Of a stretch of DNA of 64,000 bases, positions 57,564 through 64,000 are shown piece by piece. Source of the stretch: Acidobacteriota bacterium (lineage in GTDB: Bacteria; Acidobacteriota; Terriglobia; 2-12-FULL-54-10); contig JACPPJ010000070.1 of NCBI GenBank assembly GCA_016191085.1, forward strand, positions 6,123 through 70,122, given 5' to 3'. Position numbers and translations under genes: made by a program. Numbering within the stretch: the stretch's first letter is position 1; the number at the start of each line of letters is the position of its first letter. The notes beneath the pieces are model-generated. The model did no database searches, was not told the origin of the DNA, and was given only the letters and a program-made list of their open reading frames with translations.

Positions 57564-58880
57564 CTACGCCGGAGGGGCGCAACGGAAGCGCCGGGCTTTC
57601 AGCTCCGGGCGGGGAAGCGAGCCGGGCGGCGCGAATTCCACCGTGGGACGCAGGTTAAGGGTGGTTCGCATTTCTGTGACGATCCTTTCCGCCAGTGCGT
57701 CATGCTGACGGTTCTGCATTCCGGCGGTTTCAACGCGCAACAGTAGCTCCTGCATTTCGCGTTGAATCACAACCTCGCCTTGAAATTCCACAATTTCCGG
57801 GAATCGCCACAGGATGTTTTCGATGGCGGACGGAAACACATTGACGCCGCGTACCGTGATCATGTCGTCGGCGCGGCCCAGAATTCCGCCTTTGAGCAGC
57901 GCGAACGTTCGTCCGCAGGCGCACCGTTTCCGTGTAACCTCGGCCAGATCACCGGTGCGGTAGCGGATTAGTGGGGAGCCTTCGCGGCCCAACGTGGTCA
58001 AGATCACCTCACCGCGCCGGCCGTCTTCCACAGGCTTGCTTGTGGCGGGATCAATTACCTCGATGATGTACTCCGTCTCATTGGTGTGAGGGCCGAGTTG
58101 TTTGCTGCACTCGTAGCCGTACGCGCCGACCTCGGTCATGCCGACATGATCGTAAGCTTTCGATCCCCAGTATTCCTCGATGCGGCGGCGCGTGGACGGA
58201 ATGCCCGCTCCCGGCTCGCCTGCGTGAACGGTGATGCGAATTCCCATCTTGGCCGTCTCTACACCGTGCGATTGCGCCACCTCGGCCAATCGCAATGCGT
58301 ACGTGGGAGTGCAGACCAGCACCGTTGGCCGCCAATCGCACATGGTAGCGATGCGCTGCTCTGTGGTTTGGCCGCCGCCGGTCAGGGCCATTGCGCCTAT
58401 GTGTTGAGCGCCTTCGAATGCTCCCCAGAATCCGATGAACGGCCCAAACGAAAACGCTACAAACACACGATCGCCGGGTGCTACGCCCGCTCCGCGCAAC
58501 ACAAAGCCCCACTCACGTACGTAGGTGTGCCACGATTCAGGAGTGTCGGGCCAGCGCAGCGGCGCCCCTGTGGTGCCGGAAGTTTGATGCAGGCGTGTGT
58601 AACGTTCCAGCGAGAATGTCAGTTTGTTTCCGAACGGAGGGTGCGCGGCCTGATCGGCCATCAGCTCGGCCTTTATTGTAAATGGAAGCTCTGAGATGCG
58701 GTTGAGCGGCATCGGCTTGCGAATTCCGGCCTCATGCAGCTTTTGACGGTAGAAAGGATTACTCTTCAGCAGCAATGATTGCAGCTTGCGGAAGCGTTTG
58801 TCTTGCAGCTCGTTCAGCTTTTTGCGCGAGAGCGTCTCCAGCTTCCGGTCGTAAAAAAGTTCTGGGGATTTGCTTGGCAT
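57564..58880 (-). CDS. phenylacetate-CoA ligase (PaaK)-like / F390-synthetase-family adenylate-forming enzyme
   Basis: 438 aa with PaaK-family architecture (TSGTTGAP P-loop-like AMP motif, YRTGD). Confidence 0.75.
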   Translation of the reverse strand: MPSKSPELFYDRKLETLSRKKLNELQDKRFRKLQSLLLKSNPFYRQKLHEAGIRKPMPLNRISELPFTIKAELMADQAAHPPFGNKLTFSLERYTRLHQTSGTTGAPLRWPDTPESWHTYVREWGFVLRGAGVAPGDRVFVAFSFGPFIGFWGAFEGAQHIGAMALTGGGQTTEQRIATMCDWRPTVLVCTPTYALRLAEVAQSHGVETAKMGIRITVHAGEPGAGIPSTRRRIEEYWGSKAYDHVGMTEVGAYGYECSKQLGPHTNETEYIIEVIDPATSKPVEDGRRGEVILTTLGREGSPLIRYRTGDLAEVTRKRCACGRTFALLKGGILGRADDMITVRGVNVFPSAIENILWRFPEIVEFQGEVVIQREMQELLLRVETAGMQNRQHDALAERIVTEMRTTLNLRPTVEFAPPGSLPRPELKARRFRCAPPA

Positions 58881-58959
58881 GACGCCTAACTTAGCAAGTT
58901 CGGGCGATACAATGCAAGCAATGCAGGGGTTAGCGTGCTGGGTCAGTTTGAATTTCGCC

Positions 58960-59105
58960 GTGAAATCCGGAAGGGCATGGCTTCAGCCATGCCGAAACGG
59001 AATGCACCGACGCGGCTTTAGCCGCTGGCGTCCGCACCTCAGGCGCTGAAGCGCCTCGCTTGCTAATTGTACCGGCACGACTGAAGTCATGCCCTTCCGT
59101 TTTTA
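58960..59105. repeat. composite palindromic intergenic element R1 (hairpin GGGCATGGCTTCAGCCATGCC, GGCTTTAGCCGCTG, AGGCGCTGAAGCGCCT, hairpin GGCACGACTGAAGTCATGCCC) flanked by a 15-bp direct repeat CAGGGGTTAGCGTGC (58924..58938 and 59119..59133)
   Basis: Read in the sequence. The right direct-repeat copy contains the nuoN(2) stop codon. Confidence 0.5.
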
Positions 59106-59124
59106 ACTGACCCACTACCAGGGG

Positions 59125-60633
59125 TTAGCGTGCCTGCTGCAGCCATTGGGCGGCTTGCGTTGCGAGGTCCATCACGTTTTGAGGAAAGAGGCCGAGGTAA
59201 AGTGTCCCAACGACACTAATAGCGAGCGCCAGGCGCTCGGGTGCACGGAGCGGTTCACACGGCACCTCGCGCGCGGGGGCGCTCATATACATCGAGACCA
59301 GCACGCGCAGGTAGTAATACGCCGCGATGCCGCTGTTCAGAACGCCCAGCACGGTGAGCCAGACCAAGTCGCCGTGAATGGCGGCGCGGAATACATAGAA
59401 TTTGCCAAGAAAGCCGGCCGTCAGCGGCACGCCGATCAACGATAGAAGAAAGATGCTGAACATCCCGGCCAGAAACGGGAACCGGAATCCCAGGCCGGCA
59501 TAGTCTTCGATCTCCAAATACCGCTCCCCTCGCCCACCCAAGTGCGTGACGACAAGGAACGCCCCGATATTCATAAAGGCGTACGCAACCAGGTAATACA
59601 GCACGGCCGCGACGCCGTCGGCCGAATGTGTCGTAAACGCTACCAGCACGTACCCGGCATGCGCGATGGCGGAGTATGCCAGCATGCGTTTGATATTGGC
59701 CTGCAGCAGCGCCCCGAGATTACCTAAGAACATCGAGAGCACGGCCACTATCCACAGCAGCCAGGACCATCTGCCGGAATAAGCCCCCAGGCCGACCATA
59801 AAGATTCGTAAGAACGCCGCGAACGCCGCCGCCTTGGGAGCAGTCGAAAGAAAGGCCGTGACCGGAGTAGGCGCACCCTGGTACACATCGGGAGTCCAGA
59901 TTTGGAACGGCGCGGCCGACACCTTGAATGCCAAGCCTACGAACATCAGCGCAATTGCAACACCGACGAGCGAAGCGGGGAATTGGGTACTGACCGCCAG
60001 ATTAGCAGCGGCGGGATGCACAGGAGTGCCAGCCGACTGCCCACGGAGCGCAGTGTTGAAGGCTTCATTGATCTGCGTGAGCCGCGTGCTGCCTGTCGAG
60101 CCGAACATCAATGCCACGCCATAAAGGAAGAAGGCAGTGGCAAACGATCCGAGCAGAAAATATTTTAGCGAAGCCTCGCTGCTGGTTGGCACGTCGCGGC
60201 GGAAGCCCACCAGGACATAGCTGGCGAGCGAGGAAATCTCCAGGCCAATGAAAACCAGAATCAATTCGTTGGCCGATGCCATTACGCCCATACCTACGGT
60301 GCCGAAAAGCAGTAAAGCGTAATACTCCGCGGCGGAGAGGCCTTCGCGGTGCAGGTATGTCGAAGACGAGAGCACCACCAGCAGCGCGATCAGGAGAAAC
60401 AGCAGGCGGAAGAAACACCCAAACGAATCCGCCAGAAACACGCCGCCGAACGCCGCTACGGGATGGTTGAATTGAACAGCAACGGCTATGATGGCGGCGA
60501 TCAGCCCTGCATAGGTTGCACCGGCGGCAATGCGCTCTGACTTCTCGAAAAAGGCGCCGAGCAGCATAACGAGTATCCCGGCGGCCGTCAGGATGATCTC
60601 GGGCAGGATTGCAATGGCATCAGACGGTTGCAT
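59125..60633 (-). CDS. nuoN: NADH-quinone oxidoreductase subunit N (second nuo locus)
   Basis: 502-aa NuoN paralog. Confidence 0.85.
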   Translation of the reverse strand: MQPSDAIAILPEIILTAAGILVMLLGAFFEKSERIAAGATYAGLIAAIIAVAVQFNHPVAAFGGVFLADSFGCFFRLLFLLIALLVVLSSSTYLHREGLSAAEYYALLLFGTVGMGVMASANELILVFIGLEISSLASYVLVGFRRDVPTSSEASLKYFLLGSFATAFFLYGVALMFGSTGSTRLTQINEAFNTALRGQSAGTPVHPAAANLAVSTQFPASLVGVAIALMFVGLAFKVSAAPFQIWTPDVYQGAPTPVTAFLSTAPKAAAFAAFLRIFMVGLGAYSGRWSWLLWIVAVLSMFLGNLGALLQANIKRMLAYSAIAHAGYVLVAFTTHSADGVAAVLYYLVAYAFMNIGAFLVVTHLGGRGERYLEIEDYAGLGFRFPFLAGMFSIFLLSLIGVPLTAGFLGKFYVFRAAIHGDLVWLTVLGVLNSGIAAYYYLRVLVSMYMSAPAREVPCEPLRAPERLALAISVVGTLYLGLFPQNVMDLATQAAQWLQQAR

Positions 60634-60639
60634 GTTAGA

Positions 60640-62244
60640 TCAGGGCCTGCGCTCGGAATCGCCACTGGGATGCGCCGAATGCATTCGCTTGGAAACCCAC
60701 GGCACAGAAACCGTGCCGGGGCTACCCACGAAAGGATGCGGCGTGTCGTTGATGCGCACGTGCTGCTTCGGTGCCAATCCGCCCTTGTTCAGGATCGCCG
60801 CCGTAGATGCATCTATTCTGCGGAGGAAGTACGGCGAGAAGATGCCCATGATGACCATCAGCGCCACGGCGGGAAACAAAATGAGTTTTTCGCGCGCGTT
60901 CAGGTCCGGCATATGTTTGTTGTGGTCGGCCGTCTCTCCGAGAAATACACGCTGGTACATCCACAACATGTATATCGCTGACAGCACGGCGGCAGTCGCG
61001 CCAAGCACGGTATAGAGCAAACGCGCTTGCTTGACCCCGACCAGGATCAGAAATTCACCCACGAAGTTATTCAACAGCGGCAGGCCGATGCTGGAAAGTG
61101 AGGCGATCAGGAAATACGTCGCCAGTGCGGGCGCCGGTGTGGCCAGTCCTCCCATACGGCTGATCTCGCGCGTGTGGCTGCGCTCGTAAATCATTCCAAC
61201 CAGCAAGAACAACATTCCCGTCGAGACTCCATGATTGATCATCTGGTACAGCGCGCCTGCGATCGCAATCTCGTTGAAGCAGAAGATTCCCAACACTACA
61301 AAGCCGAGGTGACTGACAGAGGAGTACGCGATCAGCTTCTTCAGGTCGGGCTGTACCATGGAGACCAGAGCGCCGTAGATGATTCCGAAGATGGCGAGTG
61401 CGATGATGGCTGGCGCAAAATGCTGAGCGGCATCAGGGAACAGCGGCAGGCAAAAGCGCAGCATTCCATATGCGCCCATCTTCAGCAGGACTCCCGCCAG
61501 CATGACGGAACCCGCCGTAGGAGCCTCGACGTGCGCGTCGGGCAACCAGGTGTGCAGCGGGAACAGCGGAACTTTGATCGCGAATGCCACAAAAAAGGCG
61601 AGAAAGAGCCAGAACTGCTGCGGGTACGAAAGCTTCAGCGCGCCTATGGCGATGCCGTGCGAGATGGACAAATAATCAAACGTGCCGAACACGTTGTGCA
61701 GCCAGATGATTCCCACCAGCATCAACAGTGAGCCGATGCTGGTATATAAAAAGAACTTCACTGCTGCATAGATGCGGCGCTCGTGTCCCCAGATGCCGAT
61801 AAGGAAATACATGGGCACGAGCGTCACTTCCCAAAAGACGTAAAACAGCAAAAGATCGAGCGCCAGAAACACGCCGATAGTTCCGGTTTCGAGCAGCAGG
61901 AGAAAAAAGAAAAACTCCTTGACGTGTTCCTGGACCGAGCGCCAGGAGACCAGCACGCACAGCACGCTGAGAAACGTGACGAGCAGGACCAGGAATAAAC
62001 TGATCCCGTCCACGCCGATGTAGTAGCGGATGGTAGGCGACTGAATCCAGGCCTTGTCGGTAATGAACTGCATCTCGGCGCTGCTCGCCTGGAATCCGGC
62101 CAACAGCCCAAGCGACAGAACGAAGGTCGCCAGTGAGAAGACCAGCGCGATTATGCGAATGGCAGATGGGCGCCGCGGCAGAAACAGCAACAGCAGTGCG
62201 CCTACCGAGGGCAGGAAAAGGACGACATTGAGCAAGTTTCTCAT
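60640..62244 (-). CDS. nuoM: NADH-quinone oxidoreductase subunit M (second nuo locus)
   Basis: NuoM paralog. ATG at 62244 is preferred over GTG at 62259, which overlaps the palindromic repeat. Confidence 0.85.
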   Translation of the reverse strand: MRNLLNVVLFLPSVGALLLLFLPRRPSAIRIIALVFSLATFVLSLGLLAGFQASSAEMQFITDKAWIQSPTIRYYIGVDGISLFLVLLVTFLSVLCVLVSWRSVQEHVKEFFFFLLLLETGTIGVFLALDLLLFYVFWEVTLVPMYFLIGIWGHERRIYAAVKFFLYTSIGSLLMLVGIIWLHNVFGTFDYLSISHGIAIGALKLSYPQQFWLFLAFFVAFAIKVPLFPLHTWLPDAHVEAPTAGSVMLAGVLLKMGAYGMLRFCLPLFPDAAQHFAPAIIALAIFGIIYGALVSMVQPDLKKLIAYSSVSHLGFVVLGIFCFNEIAIAGALYQMINHGVSTGMLFLLVGMIYERSHTREISRMGGLATPAPALATYFLIASLSSIGLPLLNNFVGEFLILVGVKQARLLYTVLGATAAVLSAIYMLWMYQRVFLGETADHNKHMPDLNAREKLILFPAVALMVIMGIFSPYFLRRIDASTAAILNKGGLAPKQHVRINDTPHPFVGSPGTVSVPWVSKRMHSAHPSGDSERRP

Positions 62245-62249
62245 AACAC

Positions 62250-62385
62250 GCCAGGGCACGGTTCAGCCGTGCCATAAAATCCAACATACGCCGGCTTTAA
62301 CCGCTGAGGGCCAATCCTCAGAGGCTCAAAGCCCAAGAAGCAGCGGCCGTATCGGCACGGCTGAAGCCGTGCCCTGACGGCCTGG
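62250..62385. repeat. composite palindromic intergenic element R2, homologous to R1 (hairpin GGGCACGGTTCAGCCGTGCC, GGCTTTAACCGCTG, hairpin GGCACGGCTGAAGCCGTGCCC)
   Basis: Same module order as R1. Sits between nuoL(2) stop and nuoM(2) start. Confidence 0.5.
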
Positions 62386-62415
62386 TACACGAATTCTGCA
62401 AGTTCGCCAACATTT

Positions 62416-64000
62416 TTAAGACTCGGCCGTAACCATAAAAGCGATCAAAACAACCGCTCCCAGCAATACCCATCCGGCGTATGAGCGAATGTTTCCCGAC
62501 TGCATGCGGCGCAGACTATCTCCAAAACCGCGCGTGCGCTTTGCCGCGCCGTTCACCATACCGTCAATCGTCCCCGCGTCGATCGCCCTCCATAGCAGGT
62601 ACGTGGAGCCGGCGACAACGGGCCGCACGATTAGAAGCTGGTAAATCTCATCCATGTAGTATTTGCGCACCAACAGCGTGTGGAAGTGCCGGAACTGCGC
62701 CGCCAGCGCGTCCGGCAGTTCCGGCTTGCGCACGTACAGCAGGTAAGCGAGGCTGATCCCCATAAGAGAGACCACCACGGAGACTACAGGGAAGATGATC
62801 TCGGTTGAGTTTTCCCCAGCAGGAAGATGCGCAATCGCAACAGAGGCCTGCTGGAACACGGGACCGAGAAAATCGTTGAACCGCTTGGCTACCCAGCCAC
62901 CGGTCAGCGACAGAACAGCCAGGATCATCAAAGGCCAAGTCATCAGCGGCGGTGATTCTTGGAAGCCGTGAGCGTGCTGATGATCGGCATCGGCGCCGCG
63001 AGCTCCAATTTTGGTGTGCCCTGCGACGACAGCACGATTCTCGCCATGAAACGTGAGGAAGAACAGCCGGAAGATGTAAAAGGACGTGATCGCGGCCGTC
63101 ACAAGTCCAACGAGCCAGAACGCGAAACCTCCACGTCCGCTTATGTAGGCACCCCACAAGATTTCTTCCTTGCTGAAAAAACCGGAAAACGGCGGCATCG
63201 CGGCAATCGCAAGGCATGCTGCCAGCATGCTCCAGTAGGTGCGGGGAAGATGCTTGCGCAATCCGCCCATCCTGCCGATATCCTGTTCGCCACCCACGGC
63301 GTGAATGACGCTCCCGGCCCCGAGGAAGAGCAGCGCCTTGAAAAATGCGTGAGTCATCAGGTGAAAAATGGCGGCGCTGAAAGCAGCCACGCCACAAGCC
63401 ATCACCATGTAGCCGATCTGACTGATGGTTGAGTACGCCAGCACGCGTTTGATATCGGTCTGCGCCACGGCGATTGTGGCCGCATAAAAAGCAGTAATAG
63501 CACCTACCGCTGCCACTGCGAACATCGCTTGCGGCGCATGGACATAAAGCGTCGAGGAGCGCGCGATCATGTATACACCGGCGGTCACCATAGTAGCGGC
63601 GTGGATGAGAGCGCTGACCGGTGTGGGGCCCATCATAGCGTCAGGCAACCATACGTAGAGCGGTACCTGCGCTGATTTGCCACAGGCGCCCATCAGAAGC
63701 AGGAGGCATATAAGGGTAAGCGGCCCATCCCAGCCGGCCGATTCTACTGGGAAAGATTGCGCCGCGGAAAAGACCGGCTCGAAATCGAGCGAATCGAACG
63801 TCCAATAAATCAGCACCAGCGCGATCAGGAAGCCAAAGTCACCCAGCCGCGTCACAATGAATGCCTTCTTGGCTGCGTCGCCTGCTTTGTCCTGGCGGAA
63901 ATAGTAGCCGATCAACAGGAACGAGCAGAGGCCGACGCCTTCCCATCCCACGAACATCAGCACATAGTTGCCGCAGAGCACTAGCGTGAGCATGAAAAAC
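62416..64000 (-). CDS. nuoL: NADH-quinone oxidoreductase subunit L (second nuo locus), N-terminal part beyond the right edge
   Basis: NuoL paralog. The ORF runs to the window end. Confidence 0.8.
   Translation of the reverse strand, partial: FFMLTLVLCGNYVLMFVGWEGVGLCSFLLIGYYFRQDKAGDAAKKAFIVTRLGDFGFLIALVLIYWTFDSLDFEPVFSAAQSFPVESAGWDGPLTLICLLLLMGACGKSAQVPLYVWLPDAMMGPTPVSALIHAATMVTAGVYMIARSSTLYVHAPQAMFAVAAVGAITAFYAATIAVAQTDIKRVLAYSTISQIGYMVMACGVAAFSAAIFHLMTHAFFKALLFLGAGSVIHAVGGEQDIGRMGGLRKHLPRTYWSMLAACLAIAAMPPFSGFFSKEEILWGAYISGRGGFAFWLVGLVTAAITSFYIFRLFFLTFHGENRAVVAGHTKIGARGADADHQHAHGFQESPPLMTWPLMILAVLSLTGGWVAKRFNDFLGPVFQQASVAIAHLPAGENSTEIIFPVVSVVVSLMGISLAYLLYVRKPELPDALAAQFRHFHTLLVRKYYMDEIYQLLIVRPVVAGSTYLLWRAIDAGTIDGMVNGAAKRTRGFGDSLRRMQSGNIRSYAGWVLLGAVVLIAFMVTAES

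Noticed and set aside
56602-57582. 326-aa version of nuoC from the ORF track
   Set aside because: The first about 108 residues are not NuoC-like and overlap the PaaK-like gene end. An ATG at 57258 preceded by an intergenic gap gives a conventional NuoC with a Pro/Ala/Lys-rich linker.
62648-63397. 249-aa minus-strand alternative-frame ORF inside nuoL(2)
   Set aside because: Arg/Cys-rich alternative frame of a clearly coding NuoL gene.
1-64000. Search for a CRISPR array (regular 28-37-bp repeats with unique spacers)
   Set aside because: No periodic repeat-spacer structure is visible anywhere in the window. The I-C array is expected distal to cas2, left of the window.

Overview
GC-rich bacterial chromosomal segment (gene content suggests an aerobic soil heterotroph, possibly Acidobacteriota, which is inference only). 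From left to right the window holds: the 5' end of a type I-C CRISPR-Cas operon (cas3 complete, cas5c start running off the left edge, no array in window); a roughly 7 kb putative integrative element ending at tRNA-Arg(CCG), with tyrosine integrase, RHH and HTH_17 excisionase-like genes, a putative replication protein and small acidic ORFs next to cas3; a deletion scar downstream of tRNA-Arg (truncated second integrase fused to a truncated metH) followed by a low-GC orphan gene; a housekeeping block (MqnA/D-family, carbamoyltransferase, msrPQ, two DASS transporters flanking a UbiD-family decarboxylase, amidohydrolase, pepN, DinB_2); divergent tRNA-Ala(GGC) and tRNA-Leu(CAG); a 6.6 kb integrative element inserted in tRNA-Leu with a 57-nt attL/attR repeat, integrase, two XRE regulators, zf-CHC2 plus DUF3631 replication module, AlpA and a terminase-small-subunit-like gene, i.e. 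a candidate phage satellite (PICI-like); then SYLF protein, RRM protein, ALDH, Crp/Fnr, aroA, hicBA, argD, AI-2E transporter, a GT2/21 glycosyltransferase, an atpZ-atpI-atpB-atpE cluster, a partial complex I operon (nuoC-D-H-J-K-L-M-N, with no A, B, I, E, F or G), a PaaK-like ligase and the tail (nuoL-M-N) of a second nuo operon that runs off the right edge. The nuo intergenic gaps carry a family of palindromic repeat elements. Coordinates derived by hand may be off by 1-2 nt.
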